DNA of 62,130 nucleotides, filler included, from Globobulimina sp. (Eukaryota): NCBI GenBank assembly GCA_003354225.1. It is 29 parts of 29 records of this genome, joined end to end, with 100 filler letters (N's around TTAATTAATTAA, not from the genome) between each part and the next. Parts side by side here need not be neighbours in the genome. Positions count along the whole stretch, not along the records: positions 49,362 to 51,406 come from PIVH01009476.1; positions 51,507 to 53,551 come from PIVH01009477.1; positions 53,652 to 55,696 come from PIVH01009478.1; positions 55,797 to 57,841 come from PIVH01009479.1; positions 57,942 to 59,986 come from PIVH01009480.1; positions 60,087 to 62,130 come from PIVH01009481.1; 23 more parts are not named here. One strand, 5' to 3'. Shown piece by piece: positions 49,707 to 62,130 of this stretch (position 1 is its first letter; each line of letters starts with the position of its first letter). The notes under the pieces were generated by a model. It saw only the letters and a program-made list of their open reading frames with translations, ran no database searches and was not told where the DNA came from. The position numbers and the translations under genes were made by a program.

Positions 49707-50123
49707 ATGGATATTTTACAAGATATTTTGTCGGATTTGCAACAAGAAATTGATACATTGAAAATGCAAAACATGAAACAAGAGCCATTACGTGTTTCGT
49801 TTAATGGTCAATCGAATATTAATCAAAATAAAGAATGCGCAATATTTAGTAGTCATGGAATCTCAAAAGTAATTCGTGACACAACTGGTAAATATATTGT
49901 TTATTTCGATAAAAGATTGGATAATAATAATTATACTGTGAGTTTAGCTGCGAATATGTGGCATACGGGAGGTGTTATCATTGGATTAGAAGGAAACAAC
50001 AGAAAAGGGGATAAGGCGTATACTCAAACAGAAGAATCCTTTATAATTGGCACAAGATGTCCAAGAGCCAATGCAAACAGAGATTGTGATCTTATTCATG
50101 TTGTTGTTTACCAATCACATTGA
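49707..50123 (+). CDS. Short coiled coil plus phage tail-fibre-like beta domain
   Basis: LSDLQQEIDTLK, then VSFNG...SSHGISKVIRDTTGKYIVYFDKRLDNNNYTV...IHVVVY. Confidence 0.5.
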   Translation: MDILQDILSDLQQEIDTLKMQNMKQEPLRVSFNGQSNINQNKECAIFSSHGISKVIRDTTGKYIVYFDKRLDNNNYTVSLAANMWHTGGVIIGLEGNNRKGDKAYTQTEESFIIGTRCPRANANRDCDLIHVVVYQSH

Positions 50124-50493
50124 CCCGGCCCATGATTCATAAATTATATTTAGAGATTGAATACCTTTTTCGTTTTTTGACAACTCTTAACAAAACAAGT
50201 GAACGATATATTCCAACAGATAACCCCCTGTATACATTTTTCTCGGTTCACGTTTGTTGGAAACGTAAGAGAAATATTCGGTACCTGAAACATATGCAGA
50301 TTATAGCACAGATTTTCATATTAGATAGTAATGATCATCATTGAAAAAAATAGATAATCAAACATTTGCAAGGTTTGGGAACAGTTTGTATGGCCTTATT
50401 ATTTAAGTAATTATATTTGGGAAAGTAACATGATAATGATTTGGAAAATTTTAAACAACACAAAAATCAGTGTTATGATTATTGTTCATAATT

Positions 50494-51406
50494 TCATAAT
50501 GATGTCTCTGTGCTACAATTCATACCATTTTCTTCATTTTTGACATGAACAACTTGCTGTTTGTTTCCTGAAACACTATTCTCTAAATCGGAAATATCTG
50601 TATCTGATGCTTCGGAAATATCATCCAATGTTTTATCAAATGTTTTTGCACTTCGTTCTCTTTTGGTTTCCTTTAATTTTTTATATTTGTATTTATATTG
50701 CATTTTAAACTATATATTTACTTAACAATTTCATTCAAATCGCATGGTAATGAAGGAAGTGTATGATCAGATGATAAAAATTCGACATTTGATTCAGATG
50801 GACTTCTATTTTCAAAATATTCTCCATCATTATCAACACCATTGATACGTATACGTGCTGAAGGAGGAGAAGCAGGAATTGTTGGTGATTCTAATTGGTA
50901 AATATTTATGTTTTCATCTGTTTCCAATTCAACCAATCTTAAACCTCGATTTTGTGGTCTTTTGTATTTTACAAATTTAAAATAAATCAAATTCAATCAT
51001 ATATTAATACAACAACAAAAAACTCAACGTTGGTTTTGGTGAGGTTGATAATTCTGAATTTATTACATTTTGTCTAATTGATATTGATTGTTTGACAAAT
51101 TTTTGATTGTTTGCATCATTTTGATAATCTGCGATTGCTTTGAGCCTGATTGGATCAATGGGATTATTACTATTACTAAAACTATTATATCTGCTTATAT
51201 TTTGTGCGTCAGCTGCTACAATTCCTGATGGTCGTCGATTTCTATTATCCTTATCATCCTTAAACTGTATTGCATTTACATTATGTTTAATGTTGAGTTT
51301 ATTATAATGTTTATGTCCTTCACAAAAACATTTAATACAAAATACAAACAATGCAAACATAAATAACATAATCATCATTCCAACAATTATACCATGCCAT
51401 GTTGGA
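50494..51406 (-). CDS. Single-pass membrane protein cytoplasmic tail, spliced, 5'-truncated
   Basis: TM helix followed by three collinear ORF pieces separated by short AT-rich gaps. Confidence 0.5.
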
Positions 51407-52366
51407 NNNNNNNNNNNNNNNNNNNNNNNNNNNNNNNNNNNNNNNNNNNNTTAATTAATTAANNNNNNNNNNNNNNNNNNNNNNNNNNNNNNNNNNNNNN
51501 NNNNNNCCTAAACTTCCGAACCTCTCAACCTCTCAAACCTCTGACTTTAATGCATTTCTTTCAATGTATTTCCTGATGTATACGTATATATGAAAATTTC
51601 TTCGAAAAAATTCAAATAATAATGATAGTTGACAAATATCGTTATCTGTGATGTCTGTTTTTTTTTTGTAGTTTTTAACTTTTACTCCATGCAATTTAGC
51701 AATAGAAATTCCGCTATGATGGATTGAATGCTTCTCTTTGTTGCTACTTGTTTTCCTGACAATTTTCCTATCAACAAACGTTTTTCATTTGCTTGCCAAT
51801 GTAGATGATTTGCTGAGGAAACTTTTAAAATTATAGATTTATTGTAAGATGTATACGTATTGTTGACAGAATACAATGCACCATCTGAATCTAAACCAAT
51901 TTTATGTATAACTATCACATTGATACATTAATAACATCCCTTTGAAATTGTAATAATATTTGTAACAGATTGCTATTACAGTTAATCTGACTCATTTGTT
52001 GATTGGAATTTGCGTGCTTTCGCCTCCCAGCCCACTCCAACTACCACAGCACCAGTTCTCCCATCACCAGCTTCTATAACTACACCAATCGCAAAGACAA
52101 CCCGCTCGAAGAAGAATTTCAAAGATATCCGCCTGTCCCAACTTAAACAGGATCTCACCACACTGCCTCCGAGGAGGAACAGACCCCCAAAGAAGCAGTC
52201 TAAACCCCACAAACCGACAACTGTTAATATTGTTAACAGGCGGCGAGCTCCACGAAGGCGTCCCAGACGGCAACAAAAGCCAACAACACTCCCAACAATA
52301 TAGAAAACAGTTTCTGGATTTGCAAAGCGTTTTTACAACTTATCCACCAGGGATATATCGTTCAGT

Positions 52367-53524
52367 TTAGGAGTTATCGAATTCGAAAAGAATATGTTTT
52401 TGAGTTCGGTTCATCAAAATGAGATAACCACAGAAAATATAGACATCAGAGTTTTGTACATGTTCTGCAACTTGATCCCTTTTTTCTTCCTCCTGCAATG
52501 AGTGTGTTTTGTACATATAATATTCTTCAGCAGCAGACAAACCACATCCAATAACAACAATGCATGCACCAACTATTTCATTTATATTTGGACAGTTATT
52601 AAATATAACAAGTTCATAAATATAACCAGTTGGCAAAGATGTATATTCGAAAAATGCTATTTTAGTGGCTTCACCATATTGATACGCTAAAATACATAAA
52701 ATCTCTCCCAATCCATTACAAACTGCTATACCACAGATAATTGACATTGAATACAGATTAAATTTCCATTCGCCAAAATCAATAAAAGGGTAAAAGTAAT
52801 TAAAGAGCAGTGTAAAAGGTCCAAAAATAGCAAAGGATTGAAATGAAGAAATAAGTCCAACTTGAACCCAATGCGCTTTTGTTGCTGTTCTACACAAAAT
52901 ACTCATAAACGCCCATGATAAACATCCTAAAATCACAGATATTAAACCCAAAACATTAATTGATTCGAGATCAAAATAATCTGAATTGGCACTTCTATTG
53001 AGCTGTTGAGGAAATAACAAAATTTCAAATTGAATCAACAATGTAGGCTGACAAATTATAGTCAATCCAATAATTAATAATATGAGCATGATAGGAAATG
53101 TATACAACATTGCTTCTTTCAATAATATTCGGGCTAAAAAAACAACAAATATTGGAGACAAAAAATAGATGGCCTCAGCATTTCCTATTGATATTAATGT
53201 AACACCAAACCAGTAAAATAAAACATCAAAAAAATAAAAAACTCCTCTCATCCATATATTAAACCTATATTCAGATTCACCATACCACAATTTAGAATAA
53301 GCTGGCTTTTTAGTGATTGATGACGGTAAATACCATAAGATCCATCCAAACAAATTCTGAATGAAATTGGATAAAATAATACATTGCAACATTGATACAT
53401 TGTGAACTATTGATGCATGTTTAAACAAAGCATTGCCTGTAACCATAAAAATAAAAGTTAATGTAAGAAATAGCATTCCTAAAACATTGTTCTTGTGTTG
53501 CACGTTTTGTTGAGAACCAGACAT
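52367..53524 (-). CDS. DMT/EamA (SLC35G-like) transporter
   Basis: Ten TM helices; IGNAEAIYFLSPIFVVFLARILLKE and AYQYGEATKIAFFEY. Confidence 0.88.
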   Translation of the reverse strand: MSGSQQNVQHKNNVLGMLFLTLTFIFMVTGNALFKHASIVHNVSMLQCIILSNFIQNLFGWILWYLPSSITKKPAYSKLWYGESEYRFNIWMRGVFYFFDVLFYWFGVTLISIGNAEAIYFLSPIFVVFLARILLKEAMLYTFPIMLILLIIGLTIICQPTLLIQFEILLFPQQLNRSANSDYFDLESINVLGLISVILGCLSWAFMSILCRTATKAHWVQVGLISSFQSFAIFGPFTLLFNYFYPFIDFGEWKFNLYSMSIICGIAVCNGLGEILCILAYQYGEATKIAFFEYTSLPTGYIYELVIFNNCPNINEIVGACIVVIGCGLSAAEEYYMYKTHSLQEEEKRDQVAEHVQNSDVYIFCGYLILMNRTQKHILFEFDNS

Positions 53525-53892
53525 GTAACCAGTGAGTAGAAAACAGTAATTNNNNNNNNNNNNNNNNNNNNNNNNNNNNNNNNNNNNNNNNNNNNTTAAT
53601 TAATTAANNNNNNNNNNNNNNNNNNNNNNNNNNNNNNNNNNNNNNNNNNNNTATCTACGGTTGCCTTTGATGTTGATCATCATTGGCAATTGTATCTAAT
53701 TGCATGCAGTTCATTGTGTTGGGTGATCACATGAATTGGCATTGCACCATCATATCGTACCGCGTCCGAATTGAGTTATTGTCGCAATGAATGAGTCGTC
53801 GCAATTAGGCAAAATAATGAGTTATGCCACGCAAAATCGCAATTAGTTCGTCATAATTTGTGCCCTTACGGATTGGTTTATGATCAAATTGT

Positions 53893-55696
53893 TCAAAATG
53901 GAAATTGTTCTTTTAGACCTACTGCGAAAAACCATTTTAAATCACCATCTCCCATTTGTAATATACTCATTTGTGATCTATATTTGGATGTAAATTTATT
54001 TAATTCTCCTTGTGTTAAATTTATACATATCTTTATTGATAATTCCATTTTAAATTTACGTATTGCTCCATATTTGGCAATCTCATTTAAAATACGATAT
54101 ATTGCCGCATTTTTTGCATCTTCATCTTCAATTTCTTCTTCTAATGGAAATATATTCTTGTCATCCTCATCCAGGTCAAAATATACAATGGCACAATCAT
54201 CTACATTTCCTTTCAATTCATCATCAATGTCCTCATCAAATCCGGACTCCTTATATGTTATATATATTATATGTACAGTATACAAAAAATTAACAAACCT
54301 CAACAAAAAATTTGAATTTTCCTATTCCTTCTTCATTGATATAATCTTTACGGCCGAATTGCAAGTAATATTTACAGAGCACACAATCAATTTTATCAAT
54401 AATACCAGTACAAATACGGGATTTGATCTGAAATATTTTTTCTTTGTTGTTACTTAATTCAGAGTTGCAATTATAAGGAGAAATCGCATTTTCTGCACCT
54501 CCGGATCCCTTTTCATAATATAATTCGACTGGCCATATTATCGTTGAATCATGAAATTTATTGAATATTTTTTGTTGAACAGAATTCCATTTATCAGTGA
54601 GCAAACATAAAAAAAAATGTTTTGTTGCATTTTCATACTTCATTTGTATGATTATTGGTGCTGCGTACATATATATTATTAAATCTATCGCTTGTTGCGA
54701 AATAATGACATTTTTATGTTTTTCAAATTCATTTACAAAGCCTTCCACTGTCAAAATACACTGGAAAGCAATATTTATTTTTTTGCATGCTACAGAATCA
54801 ATTTTATCAATAACATCAAATCTGATCCTGATATGAAATATTTTATATTGGTTCTTACTTAATTCAGAGTTGCAATTTTCAGCAGAAATCACGTTTTCTT
54901 TGCCTCCGTAGTCATAATACAATCCGATGGGCCATGTCGACAAATCAGGAAATTCATTGAATACTTTCTGTTTAACAGAATCCCATTTATCTGTAACCAA
55001 ACACAAAAAAAATTGTTTTGTGACATTTTTATGTTTAATGATTGTGGTAATTGGTGCTGCGAACAAGAATAATATTAAATCTCTCGATTGTTGCGAAATA
55101 ATGACATTTGCATGTCTTTGAAATTCATTTACAAAGCCTTCCACTGCCAAAATACACCGGAAAGTAATATTTGTTTTTTTGCAGGTTGCCGAACAATTAT
55201 TTGTATGCACTGCAGCTGTTATAAGACGTTGTGGTACATACATTTGTTTATTTAATTTGGATTCTATAAGTTTTTGAACAGCAACACTTTCCCCAATGCA
55301 TTCAAACGAAACATAACCTGTCGAAAAATTTCGTTCCCAATTGATTTGACTCAACTCTTGTCGAAATGCGTTAATTCGGGATTTATTTGCCGAAGGCATC
55401 TGTGCAGGCCACATAAAACTAATTGTAATCATTATATCCATTGCAGATATTTCAATAAGATCTTCTTTAATGAATGAGATACATTCGTCATAACTTAAGA
55501 TATAATGTTGTGGCATCATAAAAATAATTGCATCAGACTTAGCAAACAGTTTACAGATATTTGATATATTGATAATATCATTTGCTGTGTTAATATTATC
55601 ATTCCACTTTAAAAATATTGAGCGCATCCATTCATATTTATTCTTTACTTCAATGAAGTATAACTTAATTATCTCATTTGATACCTGATATCGTAA
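53893..55696 (-). CDS. Hypothetical protein with 132-aa internal tandem duplication; intron 54250-54298; 5'-truncated
   Basis: Copies start at 55183 and 54787, 396 nt apart; the 49-nt GT-AG intron joins FFVE|ESGFDED. Confidence 0.7.
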
Positions 55697-56371
55697 NNNN
55701 NNNNNNNNNNNNNNNNNNNNNNNNNNNNNNNNNNNNNNNNTTAATTAATTAANNNNNNNNNNNNNNNNNNNNNNNNNNNNNNNNNNNNNNNNNNNNGATT
55801 ACGCGAAAATAAAATGCCCAATAATTTTTATTCGATAATCTTGCGATCGAATTCGTTTTGGCTGGACGCAAAATCCATTCATCGTTGTTTGATACTTCTG
55901 TTGCCATAATCTTATCTAAATATATGTATTAAATATGTAAAAAACATGCTTTTTAAAACGCATTTGGGCACATTGGTGTGTTGATGTATTGGGGTATCAC
56001 ACGAAAACAATTCTGTATGTATAATATGCTGTATGTATTGAATTTCGGTCTTACAACGATGTATGAAAAAACCCAATACACCAATTAATCAACGCTACCA
56101 ACATTACAATGCCACAGAACAGAACTTTGATCAGACTATTCACTATAAATGGTTGTAGGAGTTAGAATAAAAGTAGAGTGTGTAGGGAAGAAGTTTTTGT
56201 TTTGATTTTCAGGAGAAGTTTTTTTGCAACTAGATTCAAATTATAATAAATCACAAGTCTTCAAAATACAATTAATGTAGCATTTTATTTCTAAATAAAT
56301 GTACACTATAATTCAGGATATAATCAACACACACAACAACAGTACAACACAAAAAGCTCTTGAAAGCGGAC

Positions 56372-57268
56372 CTAAATCAGTTTTTTCTCTTTCTCTGAGT
56401 GAATTCGATCACGTTTTTTATCCAAATCTTTTTTATTGATAATTTTTTTACTTTTCCTCCCTTTATCATCAACAACAATCACCGCAATATCTCCAACCAA
56501 ACGATTTCTTTTTTTTACAGTTGAATCATTTTCCTGTCCTTTAAAATGTGGTTGTAAAGCCACTAAATTCGGAGTGCTTGATATTGAATCATTTATATTC
56601 GGATTCAAAAAGTGCCAAAAACATTGAATGAGACCAAAAGATACTGCACCAATCAAAAAAAACTGCATCCAATTTGGATAACTCACATATAAAAATTTAA
56701 TCCAATCATGTAATTCTTGCAATGTTTTACTTATCAATGTAGGTTTATAATATTCCGAATATGTTTCATCCATATTTTGTTTTTCATATACTTTCCTAGT
56801 CCATGGGTAATGAGAATATGATGCTTTTGGTGTACGTCTCCCTGCTGTAAATCCAGTGCCATGTCGTTGACCATGTGCTTTGTGAATATTTAGATCGAGT
56901 TTCTCATCGGTTTGCGTTTTATTTGTGCCTTGTTTATGATTTATAATTATTTCATACGCTTCACGTATTAATAAGAATTGTTGCTGTGCTGCTTTTTGTT
57001 GTCCTGCTGATTTGAATGAGTGTCTATCCGGATGCCATTTTTTAATTAGTGTGTTGTATGATTTTTTAATATCATCAACCGATGCATTTGCATGTATATT
57101 TAATGCGGAATAATGATGAGCCAACGGAGTTGATTGAAAGTGTCTATTGGGTATATAATGCACTTTATGTAACGACTTGAGGGTTGACGATGTACGACAA
57201 GTTGTAAAGTTTCGGAAAATACTCGTAGCAGACATTAGTTGATACTGTAAAGAACAACTATTTAACAT
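56372..57268 (-). CDS. J-domain (DnaJ class C) protein with mitochondrial-type presequence and one TM helix
   Basis: HYSALNI...IKKSY...KWHPDR...FLLIREAYEII. Confidence 0.88.
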   Translation of the reverse strand: MLNSCSLQYQLMSATSIFRNFTTCRTSSTLKSLHKVHYIPNRHFQSTPLAHHYSALNIHANASVDDIKKSYNTLIKKWHPDRHSFKSAGQQKAAQQQFLLIREAYEIIINHKQGTNKTQTDEKLDLNIHKAHGQRHGTGFTAGRRTPKASYSHYPWTRKVYEKQNMDETYSEYYKPTLISKTLQELHDWIKFLYVSYPNWMQFFLIGAVSFGLIQCFWHFLNPNINDSISSTPNLVALQPHFKGQENDSTVKKRNRLVGDIAVIVVDDKGRKSKKIINKKDLDKKRDRIHSEKEKKLI

Positions 57269-57303
57269 AAAAAAAACTTTTTACTTACACTACACTTACA
57301 ACC

Positions 57304-57841
57304 ATGTCACTGTATCCAACACGTGACAGACACTTTAACAAAGCAACCGAAAAACGATTAAAAGACGATTCACGCAAACACGTATATGGCAGCCACTCAG
57401 ACTCCTTATTAGTATCCCAATCCTATCCAGAATTAGCGTCCCCAAATCCCCATAGCAACACCAACAGCAACAGCAACAGCAAATACCCACCAACAAGAAA
57501 CAACTGCTGGTCAGCCATAAACATCCAAAACTACTCCATCATCAAGAAAATCGGTTCAGGCACTTACGGCTCTGTATTCCACGCGCGTTCGCCCGCTGGC
57601 TGCGATGTGGCAATCAAGCAATTATGCTCCATGCAAAACGACAAACACTTGCAAGACGGATTCCATATCACCGCAATCCGCGAGATTAAGATACTCAAAT
57701 CCTTACACCATACCAACATCATCTCCCTCCACGACGTCATTTGCTGCAAAGGTACAGTCTCTCCCTCCTTGCACTGATAATGTGACCCATTAATAATACA
57801 AACAACATCCACAGAAAACGTAATGTGCGAATTGCCCGAAG
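57304..57841 (+). CDS. Cyclin-dependent kinase (CDK9/12/13-like) N-lobe, 3'-truncated
   Basis: IGSGTYGSVF, VAIK and GFHITAIREIKIL (PITAIRE-type); probable intron from about 57752. Confidence 0.88.
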
Positions 57842-58051
57842 NNNNNNNNNNNNNNNNNNNNNNNNNNNNNNNNNNNNNNNNNNNNTTAATTAATTAANNN
57901 NNNNNNNNNNNNNNNNNNNNNNNNNNNNNNNNNNNNNNNNNATGGTTGGTTTTCTTGTGATTCTTGACTGTTCATATCACATTGACGTTGTTTAAGACTA
58001 GTTGACTAAAAAAAAGATATTTGGAAAGGCATTTAGAGTAAAACTGAAACC

Positions 58052-59291
58052 ATGGCTGATGATGGCAAAGAGTTAGAAAATATTGATATAATTTGCTTAG
58101 ACGCGCTTTATACCAAATTAAAAAATAATAGTACAAACATCAATTCCCAGCAAAGAGCGATTGTTCAAATTATTGGCGGAATTGATGAAATATTATCCCA
58201 TGACAAAAAACAATAGTAACAAATCACTCAACACATAGCAAATACATCAGATACAAAAAATACTCGAAGCCGCACACCCAATCGCACCCAATAATATTCG
58301 CGACATTATTGATCCAAATGAGTTTGATGAATTATTAGAACTTGAAAACGGCGCAGAATTAACCTATACATTTGATGAAAAAGATACCATTTTACATGAA
58401 ACATTTGGCATTGATAAAGGTGAAAAAATGATCAATATCATACATAATCCGATATGTCTGGCCATTTTATTGACGGTATTATTATTATTTATGTTTTTAT
58501 GGCAGTTTAGTGATGATATAATTGGTCCAAATGTGACATCGGGTGAAGAAGGGCATGATGCTTTCTTTGCGTTTCTGATATTATCGCAGTTAATTGCTAT
58601 TATTTGGTCAGCTGCATTCGTGACAACAATGAACAGGAAATGCTTTGCTTTGTTAGCCAAAGAAATCAGTTTTTGGATTAAATTGTTATATTCCGTGGTT
58701 GTTTTAGTGTTATCGTTTTATATAACATACACACGCGAATATAATGGTATATTGTTTCCGCTCTTTTAATTGAAAACGTTTTTCACTAATTTGTTTGCAG
58801 GAGATGTAGTAAAATATGTAGTAGTGTTTTTGTGGAGAGTTTTCGCAATGATGATGGCGCTCATCGTTTCAAGTGTTGCTGCTTTACCAATTCATGACCG
58901 ACGGTTACAAACATTTTTATGTTTCTGTGCTCTTTTAACAAGTACTGTAATGTCTATATATTGGTCTGTTACATCATGGAAATTTGAGCAGCGAACAGAT
59001 GAAAGTGAGTTACCATTTAATGTATCATTAAAAGAAATCGCTTCAACAAGAAATTCATTGGCTATTACGCTAACTTTATTTTTTTTGAAACAAAGTATAT
59101 TTTCGTATACAAAATGGGACCGATGTACATCAATTAATTATTCACCAAAAATCAATTGGATTGCTCTTGCTGCAAACAACGACGGTAATGTTGATGTTGC
59201 TGTTCATAAATTGCAATATGGTGATGGTAGAGTTATAATTACAGAGGAAAATGCAGTCGGTGATAAGGATTATGAATTGGAACAAACATAA
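58052..59291 (+). CDS. Polytopic membrane protein, intron about 58747-58800; 5' part has an apparent frameshift and in-frame stop
   Basis: Seven or so TM helices over two ORFs joined by a GT-AG intron. Confidence 0.55.
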
Positions 59292-59658
59292 ACAAAAAAT
59301 ACTATTTGTATATATATAAAAACCGTTTTGTGTGAATAATTAACGTTGTTAAACCTTTATGTTTTGCTAATTATGTGTGTTTGAATTTTATGCGATTGTG
59401 TTTCTCATAAAGTTTTTTGATGTCTGTACTTCGAAGGATCCAAGCAATTAATATTTATAATGCACACTTGTGAAAATGCAACTTTTCACAATCTTACTGT
59501 TACAAATGGCGTTTTCATGATTCTTAAAGTTACAAAAACTTTTTTTGACTACTTAGAGGGACTTGTGTGCCCAATGCGGAATTCTGCGCATAAGATCCTT
59601 GGATTGTGTTTGTAAAACACATGAAATTAATTGAAACAAACAAACAATTAAAACAAAA

Positions 59659-59986
59659 TTATTGTGTTTTTGTGCATTCTTTATGTTTAAAATAGGGCAT
59701 CATAAAAGGTTCAATGTGCGGATAATACAAAGTGTCGGATGAGCGTGAATCCAATTTCATTTTCGCGATCTCATCCTTTGTGGCAGTGAGCCACTTATCC
59801 TGTTCCCACGACGCCTTTACGATGGCGGGCAAGAACCTGGCCACCAACATACAGAAGCGATGATTGAGCTTACTGCACAAAGAGACGTCCTGTCTTTCGA
59901 CGTCGATAAATAATATAATGCGGCGATGTGGCGTGTTATTCCTCACTTCGTGCACAGAAATATCATCGAACAGGAAATCCGAGCCA
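59659..59986 (-). CDS. Aspartyl/asparaginyl beta-hydroxylase domain C-terminus, 5'-truncated
   Basis: GSDFLFDDISVHEVRNNTPHRRIILFIDVER. Confidence 0.8.
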
Positions 59987-60086
59987 NNNNNNNNNNNNNN
60001 NNNNNNNNNNNNNNNNNNNNNNNNNNNNNNTTAATTAATTAANNNNNNNNNNNNNNNNNNNNNNNNNNNNNNNNNNNNNNNNNNNN

Positions 60087-61537
60087 TTTTTCTCTTGCGG
60101 TTTTGTCCGTTTTTTATCTTTTTGATTAATATATTCAATCACTAACTGATACAGTAATTTCTCCAAACCACTCAATGTATTTAATCTCTTTCTTCTGGAA
60201 TCCACCCTCTCCCATAAACTCATTCGCAAATCAAACTTTGTTACACCAACAAACTCGCCCAATTCCCTCAAAATAACATCCAATTTCTTTGCTTTTTTGG
60301 CATTTAATTCTTTCCAAAATTCACTCGAAAATTCAATTGTTTTATCTTGATCTTTCTTTCTTTGTTTCTTTATAAATAATGAGACCTCTTCGATATTATC
60401 GTACCAAAATTCACCGTCTGCCACAGCCGCATCTTCTTCCTCTTCCTCTTCCTCTTCCGCTGCTTTTTTTTCTTCATTTTCTGGTTGCTTTCGATCAATT
60501 TCATCGCTCCATAATGTAAACTCACATAAATCATCACCGGATCCAATGACAACATCATCGCTTTCAACACCAATATATTTGTTTCCATCTGTACATGATT
60601 CAAATTTGTATGAATTCGCACCGGTTTTATGCACTTTAAATAGCGTATATTTACCACCATTGCCTAAACAATTGATTTTATCATCAATAATTCGAATATA
60701 TTTACCACTTTTAATGGATTTGATTTTAGTGATTACAAAATGATCCGGCAACGCACCATCAAATTCAATACAAAATTGTGCAAAACTATCAAATGCACCA
60801 TTTGGATTCAACTCAGATTCATTATCATTTGTTAATGTTAAGGTTTGACCGAAATAATGTTTCATTATTACTTTTTTATTGTCGGTATTAAATCCATATG
60901 GATTTACAAAGGCAGCATATCCGGATTGATCACCTTTTGGTGTTTGTTTGCTCCATATACTAAATTTACTAAATTCGTCACCATCATTAACTACAACGCC
61001 TTGCTCACTCACTGCAATGTAAGCATTTGGATATGTACATGACTCGAATTTGAATAGATTCTCATTGGTTTCATGCACCTTAAATCGTGAATATGTACCA
61101 CCAGAACCTAAACAATCAGTTATTGTTTGTTCGCTTTGTTGGTCATCCTCAATAATACGTAAATATTTACCATTTGAGGTATTTTTAAATTTAACCACCA
61201 AACAATCATCTTCTTCACCGTCAAATTGAACATCCCATTCAGCGATATCGGTATAATCACCATTTTTATTTAATTGGCCATCGTCATTTGCCACAGATTG
61301 CCCGAAATAATGTTGTAATATTATTGTCTGTTTCGTATTAAAAGCATAACTGTTAACAAATGAGCCTAATCCGGATTGTTCGGCACGGTCAACTTTTCTT
61401 TCATCTTCATTTAATAATTTTGCTTTCTCGTTTTCAAGCACCTGCTCTGGTTCATCGTCGACTAGATCTTGTTGGTGGTCATTAATATCAACATATTCTA
61501 CGTCTTTTCCAGTGGCACAACAGCAACACACACCCAT
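60087..61537 (-). CDS. N-acylated protein with two tandem beta-trefoil-like repeats, 3'-truncated
   Basis: MGVCCCC start; two repeats of about 145 aa (QSG..FVN.Y.FNT...HYFGQ...GKY.RII...FKVH...KFESCT...F..WS). Confidence 0.75.
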
Positions 61538-62130
61538 GACAGATGATTTAATCAGGAAAAAACTAGAAAATGCTACTTAAGACAAGGCTATATTAGATTT
61601 CATTTCATTTCAGAAATTGTATGATGAATTGGCAACAATATAACTAAAGAATTACAATATATGCAAAACAAAGACATTCCATAATAATCATATGCAAAAC
61701 AAAGAGATATATATGCAAAAAAACAATGTTCTTGGTTTATTCAATAATGAGCATAATATCTATTGCTTGATTCATTTAAATGAGCGTTGGTATTGGATTT
61801 ATACATATTTTTATGTCGGTGTTTCCGTTTTTTTTTGTGTAGTTTATTTCGATTATACATATTATATTTTTTTGATGTTAAATTTGATGTAGAACTGGAA
61901 TGGCAAAATGCATTTCGATCATTCGCATTGTTCTCCATTTGTTTTGAGTCTATATGTTGATCATTATGGTTTTGCTTATTTTTGCGATATTTATCTCTAC
62001 GATCACGATGACGATGATTTCGATGACTATTCTTTGTCGATTTGTGATGTCGTCTTCTTTCAGATCTATTTGTCATTCGTTTCTAATCTTTTTTGATTCG
62101 TTCACTATTTTCTTTTTTCTTCTTTTTCAA

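Overview
This window is not one locus. It is 29 unrelated contigs of 2047-2044 nt, in decreasing length order, joined by 28 identical 100-nt spacers (N44-TTAATTAATTAA-N44), so gene neighbourhoods only mean something within a contig. Most contigs come from an AT-rich, gene-dense eukaryote with short GT-AG introns (about 50-85 nt) and very short intergenic gaps. I infer a foraminiferan/rhizarian-like protist, but the sequence alone does not prove this. Two contigs (2148-4194, 6442-8488) are intronless, operonic, Bacteroidota-like DNA: a flexirubin/aryl-polyene-type fragment and a respiratory-oxidase accessory fragment. Mobile DNA includes an intron-split PIF/Harbinger-type DDE transposase, the 5' end of a Ty3/Gypsy element (LTR end, PBS, gag), a nested inverted-repeat contig, and two hairpin+CTRG motifs resembling Helitron 3' ends. 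The most unusual protein is a V8-like trypsin protease fused to SAM, RING-like and ubiquitin-like domains (21466-23337). Other oddities are a bacterial-type GH55 broken by one in-frame TAG, a phage-tail-fibre-like domain, a membrane-anchored HEXXH peptidase, and an alpha-mannosidase remnant with lectin-like inserts. All family calls come from motif recognition by eye; no searches were run.
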